Shown here: piece by piece, positions 1-11,900 of the stretch
Position numbering within the stretch: the stretch's first letter is position 1
Layout of the letters: each line of letters opens with the position of its first letter
Origin: Tricharina praecox
Lineage: Eukaryota
Assembly: GCF_024521635.1 (NCBI RefSeq)
Contig: NW_026250414.1
Coordinates: 310,001 to 374,000 of the forward strand
Reading direction: 5' to 3'
DNA length: 64,000 nucleotides
Position numbers and translations under genes: made by a program
Notes under the pieces: generated by a model
The model's database searches: none
Seen by the model: only the letters and a program-made list of their open reading frames with translations
Told to the model about the DNA's origin: nothing

Positions 1-1426
1 GGTAGTGGCGCACCAGCAGGTCCTGCGTCAGCGCGCTGTCGCGGCGCGTCCGCGACGTGGATAGGTGCTGCTCCAGGATGAATTGCGTGAAGAGCCCGCG
101 GTAGTCCGGGCCCGCGGGCGTTAGGGTGTTGAAGAAGAGGGAGAAGGAGGAGAGAGGGAGGTGCGAGATGTTATTTTTGTACTCGAGGTAGAGGTCCTCC
201 GTCGCTATGAATTGGCCGTGCGTGGAGAGGTCGGAGAGCTGCGGGGTTAGTGGGGTTATTTGCACACGCGGGGGAGGGAGGATTCACAAGCGTCAGGAAG
301 CGTTGGCGGAGACTGAAGGCAGTTACACCGCCCCAGGAGTCGTATGTGCTGGGTGTTGGTGGGGCGTCGGACATGTCGATGTCGATGTCGTCGTCTTCAT
401 CCAGCGGGTCGTCGTTTTCGTCCAGGGTCTTGTCGGTTTTCTTTGGCGTCTTTGTCTCCTCGTCATCACCGAACTCACCCATGAACCCGCCGAGAGTTCT
501 CTGGCCCTTCTTCTTTGGCCGGTGCGCGAACAGTTCGTCCTCCCAAACCGGATGGAACTCTTGGGCCTTCGCGCTTCCATTCGCGAGGATCGCCCGAACA
601 ACCCGCCTATATCCGCCGGTACCACGGGTCTCGGGCAGCATCTTGACAGCAATGCTCTCCCTAAGAACCCTCTCCGCCTTCTCCCCCGCATTCTTGTACT
701 TCTCCCGCCTATAGTCCCAATCCGTCTCCAGCGTGAGCAGCAAACACTCGAGTACATTCCCCCACCACGTCCACCTGGCGGGGTGCAGCACAGAGCACGT
801 AAACGCCCAGCCGACCACATCCCACACATCCTCGACGCGCGAAAACAGACTCTCCTCATTCGCGAGTTCGCCGGAGATAGCGTCATCAGCGCTGGGAGAC
901 AGCTCTCGGTTCTCGCGGTTCCCGCGACGGACGGAGCGGCGGCCGCGGTCAAACACCCAGATCTTGTCCAGCGAGGCGTTGACGGGGCCGATGATCTTGA
1001 TGATGCGGTGGACGAGCATGTATGCGGCGATGGGCGCTTTGGACGGCAGCATGCCTTTGCGGAGCTGCGTGGTGTGGAACGGGTGCGCCATCAGCGTTAT
1101 CACGAAGCGTAGGAACGTCGGCGGCGGCATCAGCCCGGGCGTGGGTTGCTCGCCGGGCGTAGAGAAGCCGCTGAAGACCACTGAGTCGAAGATCTCGAGG
1201 CCTTGCTCCGCTACGGCGAGCCCGACAAAGTTTGTCAGCTGGCCGCAATTGCACAAGGTGGAAGGGTGCTCGTACGTAGGTTCTCTTCGAACGCGACGCG
1301 GATGCGCTCGACAAGGTTGTATTGCAGCGGCATTACGGACTGGTAGAACCACAGCTGTTGATCTTTGTCGGGAGGTGGTGACGGTGTCCGTTGATGTTGT
1401 TGCTGGCGGGGCCGCGACGATGTCAT
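1..1426 (-). CDS. Hypothetical protein, spliced, running off the window edge
   Basis: ATG at 1426 (MTSSRPRQ...) joins through a GTACGA..TAG intron (~1275-1211) to the long minus ORF (VWDVVGWAFTCSVLHPARW..., acidic tract). A further intron lies near 240-290 and the frame continues past position 1. No family motif recognised. Confidence 0.65.
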
Positions 1427-3388
1427 GGCGGGCAAGAAAGGCTGAGGTTAAAATATTGTTTTTAGGGCGGGGCACTGGGGGGTGGAGACGTGCACGTTTG
1501 GACACGGGAAGACGCGGTCAGGTACTTTCGATACGTACGAGCCTAGTCGATTATTCAGGTACTCTAGAGTGAAGTGCAGATCAGCGCGACCAACGCCTTT
1601 ATGGAGTGGGACTGATCTGTGGAACGTTCGACACCATGTGCTAGGGATGTCGATAGCTGCTAACCACGGCGTTTGCGGATCTCTTTTCTACGGAACCCTT
1701 CACCTTCCGCATCTCGAAAATCGAAAATGGAAATCTTCAGGAGCTTTTCCGGAAACACACTTACTCCCTTCGCTGGCACTGACTGCGAGCCCTAGCAAGG
1801 GAAGGGCATCCCTCGTTTCCTCCCCCATGCTTCACGGATCCTCACTAACAAGAGCTTAGCTAACCGGGGCATGCGTGTGTAACAGCACGTGTGAGCACTG
1901 CGTGTAACGACACTTCTATTCGTCTGCCCGTCTCCTCTAGAGTGGTGTAGATAGACGACGGCAGACAGCACTTCGGTTTCGACAACTGTTCGACGTGCCC
2001 CCTGCTTGCCCTGCCTGCCCCTGCCACGACGACGACGATAGTGACCATCCTTTCGTCCGTCCATTCTCCGGATGGATGAGGAATGTGCTGTGGTGCGTGC
2101 GTGGTCATGAAACAGTCTGCCAGACAATGGGAATTCGGGCTTCGCTGTCGTAGCAGGTGAAGCGCTGAGTATGGATTATCTGGACCTCGACGAGAGAAAT
2201 GCTGTCTGTCTGTCCGTCGCGGTTTGCTTGTTTGCGTGTGTTAGATATTCGGATGTGTTTGGTTGGCTGTTCGTTGTTCCTATTGAAGGTGGCGGCTATA
2301 GGTATCGAAAAAAGTCTTCTCTGCTGGAGAAACAGACGAAGGAGAAGAAGAAGAAGAAAGACACGATGGGAAGCCCATATGGAGAATATGGATGTGCGAA
2401 AGCGTAGAGTTCGTTGTGATTCCTCCGCCCAAACAACACCAAGCAGAAGAGACAGCAGACACGCCTGTCGGGATAACTCTAAAAATTCCATCTTCAGCCC
2501 TTCCATCCCAACGACAACCATCACCACCGACGACGACCACATCCACCGACGACCATCGTCGTCTCTACCCGCCCGCCTCAAAGTGACCCAGCTCCCACCT
2601 TCAATCTCCTCCACCACCTCCTCCTCCTCCTCCACCACCTCCTCCCCCTCCTCCTACCTTTATACCCCACCCGCCTCGCGTTGAGATAACCCCGCCCATC
2701 ACCCACTCCACCACCACCGTCACCGTCATCGTCACCGCCGCTGACTACAAAGAAAACTCGCCAAAAAAAAAAAAGACTCCCTCCCCCCACCGCCGCCGCC
2801 TATTCCCACATAGGTCTACTTGCTTGTTATATCAACTTCTACCGCCACCTCACGCGACCCATTCACTCACTACCTACTCTAGACGACGACGTTACGAAAC
2901 ACCACCCCACTTCATCCGCCCCCATCGAAACCCAATAACCCCGCCCCGCCCTACCCTGCCCTGCCACGACACCCTACGATACCACGGTCTCTCGTCCCGC
3001 CTGCTCGAATTTTCCAACCCGTACACTTGTGATCCGGTTAGGCTTTGTTCCGATCGGGTGGCTTTGTGATTTGGCTTTGGCTTGGATTCCCATCGATTCC
3101 TTCGGCATAGTTACCTCTGCCCTTTACTTTCTTTGAGTCTCGTTCAAATCAATCTGCAACCCAAAATCCTCCCGCGCTTGTCCAACCAGGTTCTCTCAAT
3201 CAAAAGCATCAATTTCGCTTCCAACTGAATTCATATAACTCAACAACCGCACCGCCCCTCCCCCGCTTACTCGCTTTCCTTCGTTCAACTCTCCTTTACA
3301 CACACACATATACACCCACGAACACACGACACTTGGTCCCTCTCTCTCCGATAGATCAGTCGTCCACCTACCCACACGCCGTAACAGC

Positions 3389-5803
3389 ATGCCTGCCGCT
3401 GCCGACACGCCCTCCACCACCACGACGACTACTGTACCACCCACCAAAGCCGCCCGCCGCAAGCCCGCCCGGCTCCTCCGTCGTCGCGCCGGTCACCCAC
3501 ACGAGGAAGACGATGATGCCGAAACAGTAGGATCGGACGACTCCTACAGCGATGATTCCGGTCTGAGCGAGGAAGAAGGGTTCAGTGATTGCGAGAGCGA
3601 CGATGAATTTGAGGATGCATCCGATGGTGAGGGGCGGCAAGCAGCGGTGGAGAAACCGGCGACTAAACAGAGGACGGATACCGATTTGATGATTAATGGG
3701 ATTGCCCCCCACGGGGGCAAGGCTGAGACGGTGGAGTTCGAGGAAATGGGACGCGAGCGAACGGTTGCGAACGGCAAGCGGGTCAGCGTTGAGGTCAGAG
3801 ATAAGGCGCCTGCGACTACAGGGCAGGTTAAGCCTCAACCGGAGAAAGAAGAGGAAGAAGAAGAAACGGTGGATGGGGAGGTGGAAGAGACGGTGGTGGA
3901 AGAGGTACAGCGACAGGAACCTAAGAAGCACTTGACGCCGTACGAGCGGAGGCAGAGAGAACACGAGGAATACAAAAAGCGGCGCGCCGAGGATCCGAGT
4001 TTTGTGCCCAATCGAGGCCGGTTCTTCATGCATGACTCCCGCGACAACGCCGGCGGTAATGGGTTCCGGCCTTTCGGTCCTGGCGGTAAAGGGAGGGGCG
4101 GTCGCTTCGGGAACAGAGAGTTCCAACCGCACCATCAAGCGCCACCACCGCCCGAGCTCGCCGGCGAATGGCTTCACGACATGCACGAGCAGATTGAGAC
4201 TCAGGTTGAGCAGCAGCAACAACAGAGGCCTGCTCCAGCTTCGGCGCAATCTCATCAACAGCAGCAAAATCAAGGTCACAACAACAATAACAACTTTGCT
4301 GCCGGTCGTCAGCGAGCTCCGGATCAACCTAGGAGCTTTGGTCGGACTTTGCACAAAGGGACTGTGCAGATTCAGGTCAATCTGCCCGGTATGAAGGCGC
4401 CGATCACATTCAGCGAGGTTCCATGCAAAGTTTACACCCGCCTGCCGTTCCACCGCCCGCCGCTTCGCCGAGACAAGCCCGTTAGAATCGCACTTCCGGA
4501 GAGTCCTGTTCGTTACATCTACCCGAATGTGCAACGGTCGTTCATCTTCATTCCACGGGCGATGCGGCCGGGCGGGTCGGGATATATCAGAGGTGCTGCT
4601 GGCAGGGGACGGGGTGGCTATTCACAAGGTGGCCGAAGTTTCTACGGCGGCGGGTCGACCATCTATTCGCCTTCCGTTGATATGTCGAGGCGGTCATCAC
4701 TGGTATACGATACGCGCCACCACACGCCGGCACAGGCCATGCACCCGTCCATACCACCACAGCAAGCCCACGTAGAAGATGGACAGACCAGGACAGTGGT
4801 CGAAGGTGAGGATGCGGTAGGCAAGCCAGTTGTCAGGCTTCCAAACTCTATTCCGTCGGTCTCTGGTGCTCCAGCACAGTCATCCAGCCAGGCAGGTCAC
4901 GCACCGACTCCCAGGCTTGCAACTCAGCAACCGCCGCCCTCTTACACTCCTTCGTACACTCCTGCGATGATTCCGGCTCCATATCGCGAAGCTCGTGCTA
5001 CGCCGAAGATTCCGATGTATCAACCTCGGCCCCAAAAGGCTGTCAATGTAGCCGAAATAGACTCACCGGCGGTCATGCACTTTCCCAGCAACTACAGTGG
5101 CGGCATTTACACCGATCATGTGCCTTCCGGGACTCCTGTGATGGCACCAAACGGATACCCGCAACACCCGCAGCACCCACAGCAGCACCCGCAAAACCCG
5201 CAGAATCTCCAACAGCCCCAGCACATGCAACAACATAATCGGCACCCATCATATACGTCACAGGCACCCGGGACTCCACTATCGCAAATTCCGGAGGCTG
5301 TCCATGCAAGACCTTTCCAGCCCAACCCCTACCCGCAGCAGCAGCAACCCTACTATCAGCAGTACCCTCCTCCACACGCACCGCAGCAGAATCCTATGCC
5401 CCATCCTCAGCATGCTCCGATGCAGCCACATCATGGGGTCTTCCACCCTCCGCCACCACCATACGTCGCCGGTCCATCGCCCATGCCCAACGGACCAACA
5501 AACCACTACATCCCTCAGTCAATGCAGCCACACCAACCGCCGCCGCCACTTCAGCAGGTTCCAGGACCGGCTCCGCCTGGGCCATCCGGGCCAACGACGA
5601 TCGCCCAGGAGAGCAACGGAATGGTTTACTATTCGACGTGGGATCCCAATACCACGTACTATCAGTACCCACCGGCCCCTGGTCCGACCTACGCCGATGC
5701 GCCCGTCATGACGATGACGCCAGGACCAGATGGCCAGGGGCAAAATGTGGGTGGGACGATGTACTACTACCCGCCACAGGCAGCGGGGTATTACCCATCG
5801 TAG
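3389..5803 (+). CDS. CASC3/Barentsz (Btz) domain protein, exon-junction-complex component
   Basis: 804-aa ORF. Segment YKKRRAEDPSFVPNRGRFFMHDSRD...GEWLHDMHE resembles the Btz/SELOR eIF4AIII-binding domain. Acidic N-terminus, RGG motifs and a P/Q-rich C-terminus. Confidence 0.8.
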   Translation: MPAAADTPSTTTTTTVPPTKAARRKPARLLRRRAGHPHEEDDDAETVGSDDSYSDDSGLSEEEGFSDCESDDEFEDASDGEGRQAAVEKPATKQRTDTDLMINGIAPHGGKAETVEFEEMGRERTVANGKRVSVEVRDKAPATTGQVKPQPEKEEEEEETVDGEVEETVVEEVQRQEPKKHLTPYERRQREHEEYKKRRAEDPSFVPNRGRFFMHDSRDNAGGNGFRPFGPGGKGRGGRFGNREFQPHHQAPPPPELAGEWLHDMHEQIETQVEQQQQQRPAPASAQSHQQQQNQGHNNNNNFAAGRQRAPDQPRSFGRTLHKGTVQIQVNLPGMKAPITFSEVPCKVYTRLPFHRPPLRRDKPVRIALPESPVRYIYPNVQRSFIFIPRAMRPGGSGYIRGAAGRGRGGYSQGGRSFYGGGSTIYSPSVDMSRRSSLVYDTRHHTPAQAMHPSIPPQQAHVEDGQTRTVVEGEDAVGKPVVRLPNSIPSVSGAPAQSSSQAGHAPTPRLATQQPPPSYTPSYTPAMIPAPYREARATPKIPMYQPRPQKAVNVAEIDSPAVMHFPSNYSGGIYTDHVPSGTPVMAPNGYPQHPQHPQQHPQNPQNLQQPQHMQQHNRHPSYTSQAPGTPLSQIPEAVHARPFQPNPYPQQQQPYYQQYPPPHAPQQNPMPHPQHAPMQPHHGVFHPPPPPYVAGPSPMPNGPTNHYIPQSMQPHQPPPPLQQVPGPAPPGPSGPTTIAQESNGMVYYSTWDPNTTYYQYPPAPGPTYADAPVMTMTPGPDGQGQNVGGTMYYYPPQAAGYYPS

Positions 5804-6769
5804 TAGGAAAGACTGTTTGGGAGTTGCAGGTGATACATGCTAGTAATTTCTTTTTTCTCTCTCTTTCTTTCGTTACTCGGGTTTTTCCTTTCTTCCTGCT
5901 TCTCTCGACTTGATAGTATTCTCATGTTTTTTTTCCGTTTTTTTTTCGTTTTTTTTCCTGGGTGGGTCGGATGGGTGTGGGTTGGTTGGTCAATGCTCCG
6001 TACGGGATACGCTGTTTTGTTTTTGATGTTTCCAGTTGAGGCTGCTCACTTGCACTCTGAAATTAGGGACCTTATGATATTATGCATTTTCGTTCTCTAT
6101 TCGCCAGAGTTTTCTTGTCTCGTGTTGGGTTTGGTTTTTATCATTTATCGGTCTTCCTATTTATTTTCCATGTCCTTCTTACTTTCTTCTGTGTTCGCTC
6201 CGATTGCGATTTTCTGTCTTTTTGTTTGGCAGGTTGGGGGTTTTTTCCTTTTTCCTTTTTCTTTCTTTTTTTCTCTTTTCTTGATGAGATGCCGGACGGA
6301 CGGTTCACGGCGGAGAAAGCAAATAATCATGAAAGCTCACTCTGAGTGCCACTCAGAGCTCCACAAATAGCATTTTGGTTATCACCGCTGTATCCTGACT
6401 CAGCGAAGTGTGCTTTTGAAGGCGGTCAGGGTCGATCGCTGAAGGTAGAGTTTAAAAGCTCATCATCTTGACCCGACACCACTCACACTTTGTTCGTTTG
6501 GCATCATCGTCAAGTTACCCTGCCATAACTTAGCAATCTTTTCACCTTGCTCCTCCCCACTCCATCTTCTTACCGTTCTACCCCACAATTTTTCATTTAT
6601 TCACTCAACACCCGCTACCTGCTACTACTCTCTTCCCCCAAACTCGTGATACCCCGACCGTTGATCGTGTGAGGTCCTCGACACCTCCGACAGTTTAACA
6701 CCACCTCCTCCCCCACCACTACCTTCTCTCCGCACACCCACGCCCACCTTCACCAGTTTTGCCGCCAAC

Positions 6770-8331
6770 ATGTCTGCTCCCGCCGGTAACGATGCTGAGA
6801 AGAATATCGAGATCTGGAAGGTGCGTTGGTCCCTGCGAGTCTTGTCTTTCACGTGAATAGTTTAGTGGGGTTCTAATTTCAGCTTTGGGGAAATAGGTCA
6901 AGAAGCTCATCAAGCGCCTCACTGAGGCCAGAGGAAATGGAACTTCTATGATTTCGCTCATTATCCCGCCGAAGGACCAGATCTCTCGTGCCGCGAAGAT
7001 GTTGGCTGAAGAATTCGTGAGAAACCTTGTCCGGTTCAGAGTTGTTGCCACTTGTTGTGTGCTGACGGTCCGACCGGGTGTGACAGGGAACGGCTTCCAA
7101 CATCAAGTCGCGTGTCAACCGACTGTCGGTCCTCTCGGCGATCACCTCCACCCAGCAGCGCCTCAAGCTCTACCCGAAGGTCCCGCCGAATGGACTCGTC
7201 GTCTACTGTGGTGAAATCATCACCAGCGAGGGTAAGGAGCGCAAGATCAACATCGACTTCGAGCCTTTCAAACCGATCAACACCTCGTTGTATCTCTGCG
7301 ACAACAAATTCCACACTGAGGCGCTCTCGGAGTTGCTCGAGTCCGACAGCAAGTTCGGGTTCATCATCATGGACGGAAATGGTGCGCTCTTCGGTACCCT
7401 CAGTGGAAACACCCGTGAGATCGTCCACAAGTTCACCGTCGATCTCCCCAAGAAGCACGGTCGTGGTGGTCAGTCCGCGCTGCGTTTCGCCCGTCTGCGT
7501 GAGGAGAAGCGCCACAACTACGTCCGCAAGGTCGCCGAGTGCGCGGTTCAGAACTTTATCACCAACGATAAGGTCAACGTGCAGGGACTCATCTTGGCCG
7601 GTTCCGCCGACTTCAAGAGTGAGCTCGCGCAGTCCGAAATGTTTGACGGTCGTCTCCAGGTCAAGATCATCAAGGTGGTGGATGTTTCCTATGGTGGAGA
7701 GAACGGATTCAACCAGGCTATCGAGCTCGCGGCCGAGACTCTGAGCAACGTCAAGTTCATCCAGGAGAAGAAGCTCATCCAGAAGTACTTTGACGAGATC
7801 TCGCAGGACAGCGGACGTGTCTGCTACGGTATCGACGATACCTTGAAGGCGCTGGAGCTGGGTGCCGCCGAGAGTATGTGCCCCTCATTGCACCCCACCT
7901 AGGGATTTTTACTAATGGTGCATAGCTCTGATCGTCTTCGAGAACTTGGACATCACCCGCTGGACGCTCAAGCCGTCCACCGGTGGTGAGATAATCCTGC
8001 ACACCTCCAAGCTGCAGGAGCAGAACCGCGAGCAGTTCATGGACAAGGAGACCGGCCAGGAGATGGAAGTAATCGAGCAGATGCCGTTCCTCGAGTGGCT
8101 CGCCGAGAAGTACAAGGACTTTGGTGCCACGCTCGAGTTCGTCTCGGACCGCTCCTCGGAGGGAAATCAGTTCGTCAAGGGATTCGGTGGTATCGGCGCT
8201 ATGCTCCGGTATAAGGTCAACTTTGAACAGCTCCAGGACCTCGAGGACGAGGATGAGTACTACGACGGTTTGTTCCCTTTGCTTTGCCCAGCTGAGTGAG
8301 GAATTCAAGAGACTGATGAGTGCAAGATTGA
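6770..8331 (+). CDS. SUP45: Eukaryotic peptide chain release factor 1
   Basis: Exons 6770-6820, 6897-7016, 7087-7873, 7926-8267, 8327-8331 keep frame. TASNIKS, YLCDNKF and GRGGQS motifs present. The last mini-exon is inferred; retaining the last intron would instead end the CDS at 8299. Confidence 0.95.
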
Positions 8332-8667
8332 TGGTTTTGTGACCTCGCTCATGGCGAGGACGTTCTTCCGGACAGCATCTGCCCGAGGGCGTCCCGCACA
8401 GTGCCCAATGAGGCAGCTGGTTTCGGGGAGATGGCGGCGGTGGTAGGGGGCGAGACGACGACGACGATGAAGATGGTTTGTGTTTGATGGTGATGATATA
8501 CGCGGGGTTCGAGGATGAAAATACGTCAGTTTTCCACACTCCTCCCCCCATTTCTACTCATATTCTGATGGTGATATAGTCTGGTTTGGGATCAACAAAA
8601 ACGAACGAACGATATGGCTGGTCTGGTGCGGGTCTGCTTTTTCAATCTTTTCTATTCCTTTTTTTTT

Positions 8668-8716
8668 GTTTCTTTCTTTTCTTTTCTTTTCTTTTCTTTT
8701 CTTTTCTTTTCTTTTC
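8668..8716 (+). repeat. (CTTTT)n microsatellite / pyrimidine tract in eRF1 3' region
   Basis: Directly visible run of ctttt units. Confidence 0.85.
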
Positions 8717-9182
8717 GCATGAAACAAAAACGATCGATTCACTGGTAACTGGGCTGGGGTTTTTGTTTGAATGTTGGATGGACGGCTGTTATAAATTTTT
8801 CTTTCTTTCTTCTTTGATTTCTACTACTTCCAAGTAGGAACTACGTAACGCTTGTTGTAAGCCCAATCTTGTAGGTGCCGTGTAGGTACTAGGTAGGCTA
8901 GGTATGCTGGGGCTGCATCGAATGTCACTCGCTTTTTGTGCAAATGTTCTCGGCTTGCGGGGGCAGATTGAGGGCTGAATTGGTGACTGAATGGTTCACT
9001 GTGGTGTAGGTGATGTGGGTGCTCGAGCTACTGGTGTCGTGCGGGTTGGGTTGGTAGAAGTAGGTAGACTCAGCAGGCCACCATAAACATAGCACCTTCA
9101 GCATAGCAGCACGACAGATAACATCTCCAACCTACAGACACCCACCCACCCACCCTCCCCCCATCAATCCACCCACCCACCC

Positions 9183-9688
9183 CTAACTCTTCCCCCAAAC
9201 ACAAAACCCAATCCCGGTGCAAACAGCGACAATCCCCGCCCAGGTCCTGCGATCGACAACTTTCCCATCCGCCCACCAATCGCCGAGCACCGTGAACAGG
9301 AACGCGACCGAGTTGACGATCGGCACGGTGAGACTCAGCTCCGCCTGCCCGATCAGGAGGAAGAACCATACGCTGCCTGTCAGGTTCAGAAGAAGTGGGA
9401 TTGTGTACGACGGGTGCCGGAGAAGGTCGTGGGCTGTGTGCAGGAGCTTTATGATCGGGTTGTGAGAGGGGGTGGGCGTGGGTGTGTATAGGAGGGCGGC
9501 CCGGCGGATGAACGGGTTGGTGAGGCCCCTAGGAAAGGGTGGGGTCAGTGGGGTGGGGGGGAAGGTGGGAGAAGGGAGGGAGGGGGGCCGAACCAGCACA
9601 TCCCCACGAGAAGGAAGCCGAGCGTCCACCGGAGGAGCCCGGGGTCGGCGGGTACGGCGGGGTCTGCCGGGGCGGCGGAGTCGGACAT
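9183..9688 (-). CDS. TMEM234-family small membrane protein
   Basis: ATG 9688 (MSDSAAPA...LLVGMCW), one intron ~9592-9529, then GLTNPFIRRAA...PLLLNLTGSVWFFLLIGQAELSLTVPIVNSVAFLFTVLG, typical of TMEM234. Confidence 0.85.
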
Positions 9689-10389
9689 CGTGCGGGGCGG
9701 TAGTGGTGCTGCTGGTGGTGGTGGTGAAGCTCGTGGTAGTCGTGAAGCTCGTGTTGGGACTTATCCGTGTACCGCGACTTGACGTGACGTGTGGTTGCGC
9801 GTGTCTTGAGTGGCGCTACTCAGGTACCGGTACGTACGCGGGCGCTGAGTCAGGGTCTTCAGGGATATTTCGACACTAGTTAGAGTACTGTGGGGCTCAT
9901 GAGATATCACCTCTCCCGGCCCCCGGGCTGTTTGTACAAAATTGCGGTTGAAAACTGCCGGGAATTACTCGCTGGAGCTCGTAGATACACATGGAAGAAC
10001 GACGCCCCAAGCGGAGTCAAATATCGGGCTTGCTTCATCGTTTCGTATCCGATCATGGCGGTAATTACAAGTACCTATCCGTGTGTGCATACGTCCCACG
10101 CCGTCTCCTCCGCGGCCGCTCGGTTTCATTTCCACCAAAGGAAACCCCCAGGCGCTCTACGGCTGGCTGGAGCGCCTAGTAAGATATCTAGCAAATGTGC
10201 TGGGTGATTACCTGTCGAGTGAAATCAAGTGATTACATAAATTTATAATGCCATAGTTTCTTCAACCGTAGTATGTTTTTCGGATAGGTCACCGGATGAT
10301 CAGCAGCACCTCTAAAATAAAAAGCAGCCAACTCCACAGACAATGCCAAATGAATCAATTTTTCCACTATTATACCTTATAATTGGCAA

Positions 10390-11900
10390 CTAGTAAACAC
10401 CCGTGTGGCGACCACACGGTGTGCGGTCATTAGGCCAGCGCCACTTAATGTAAAGTCATAAGTAAGATCTGTCAAGACTCAACTGCTCGGGATCCCTTTC
10501 CACACCATATCCATCGCGATCTGCTGGGCCGGCTTCTTCATTGTCCTTCAATGGTATATCCGGTCTCCAACATTGCTCGCCGTATATCAAAAGCAACACA
10601 TATCTCAAAGGAAGATAAAGAGAGCTTAATTCGGTGACGTGCCTCAAAACACCGATTTCATCGGCTGTTGGTCTATTGTAAGTTCTGGGATCCCGGTTCG
10701 TAATATCCAGCATGCGCAACTGCAAAGCAACAGGTTGCTCTGGGTTATCGGCCAAGACTTCTCCAGCCGTACGCCAGGTCTAAATCAATGGATTATGCGC
10801 ATGGAGCATGTCTGTCAGCTCCTGCAACACCTGAGGATTCACAGAATTGTCGTGGGGACTTCGTCGCAAGTGCTACGGTTGTGAACCACATGGCCACACC
10901 GGATACAACGCTGAGGACCATTGTCTGGAACATCTTCCAGTGCCCCCCCCGGGACCTCCTTGGATCCTTTGAACTTGTCACTCCTTTCCTTATTCTCCTC
11001 TCCTTAAGTCGGCCGCGTGCACGGCTGAAGGGTGGAGGAAAGCACTCGTCATCCCCGGAGTATCCGGAGGACGACGAGTGCTACCGCCCACGGGGATGAA
11101 TATCCCTCAGGTAGGTCCACCTGTAAGTTTCCAGGCTCCCCGTGTTGCACTAGCAGCTCAGCACGTTGGTGCTGGCTGAAGTTCATGAATTCCGTGAGGA
11201 GATGCAATGCGAAGTTGGTATATCTCGCGCCGGAAACAGCAAGCGTCGGCGGTGTTTTCGACCGTATTCGGGGGATGTGGTCGTAAATTGGTGGCCGCAT
11301 GGTTGCGTATTCGGTGTTGGGGATGTTGTGGTGCGAAGGATGATCAACGGCGGATAGCAGGTTGGTTTAAACCCTTCTCGTTGCCGGGCTGGCGGACAAT
11401 GAGTGAAAATTCGCCGGCGACAGTGGCTGTTCTGACCCCACATGACCAGCTGGTTTGGAATCCTCCGTACTCGGCTGGTGAGGTCGATACTGTACACCGA
11501 TATCCGTCAGTTTCCAAAGGCATATACACACCGAAATTGAAGCTTGAAAGAGGATTTGACGAACAGTTGGGATATATGGGTGTCCTGGTATCGATAAAAG
11601 AAACAGGCGCATAATATCAAGGTTCAGTCAACGCTGATATCGAAGTTCGCCGGAGCCGAATGTCGATGTCGTTCGTTGGGGAGGAAACATGCCACCGAAG
11701 GTTGAAATGGTGAAGTTTGGTGTTGTGGATTACGTGTGTTGTGTTTGTGGGTGGTGTGTTTATAGTTGTGCGAGGTGTGTGGTATGTGGTGTGTGGTGTG
11801 GTGTTGTAGTTGCGGCTATCGTCGTGAGGACGGAGGACGGAGCTTCAGAGTATTTAAAGCCCGATTAGGCGCATTAGTGAGTCATAGCAAAAACGGAGAA
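10390..11900 (-). mobile_element. Non-autonomous, internally deleted Helitron; 3' end exact, 5' end approximate
   Basis: Minus strand ends with hairpin CCGTGTGG-tcg-CCACACGG (10419-10401), a 7-nt spacer, CTAG (10393-10390) and then T. Degenerate RepHel N-terminal peptide upstream: PQVLQELTDMLHAHNPLI*TWRTA...DPRTYNRPTADEIGV...ELSSLYLPLRYVLLLIYGEQCWRPDIP. Confidence 0.85.
10456..10860 (-). pseudogene. Helitron RepHel N-terminal fragment
   Basis: YNxPTADE and LxYxLLxxYGExxWxPDI-type motifs with an in-frame TAG. The Rep catalytic and PIF1 helicase parts are absent before the terminus. Confidence 0.8.

Noticed and set aside
6281-6360. TGATGA...CTGA pair plus palindrome CTCTGAGTG-C-CACTCAGAG, a possible C/D snoRNA
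   Set aside because: No rRNA-complementary guide recognised, and it lies at a T-rich 3'UTR end.
5837-6370. Hydrophobic Phe-rich ORFs (also 15023-15285 and 58923-59558)
   Set aside because: Artefacts of T-rich UTRs and microsatellites.
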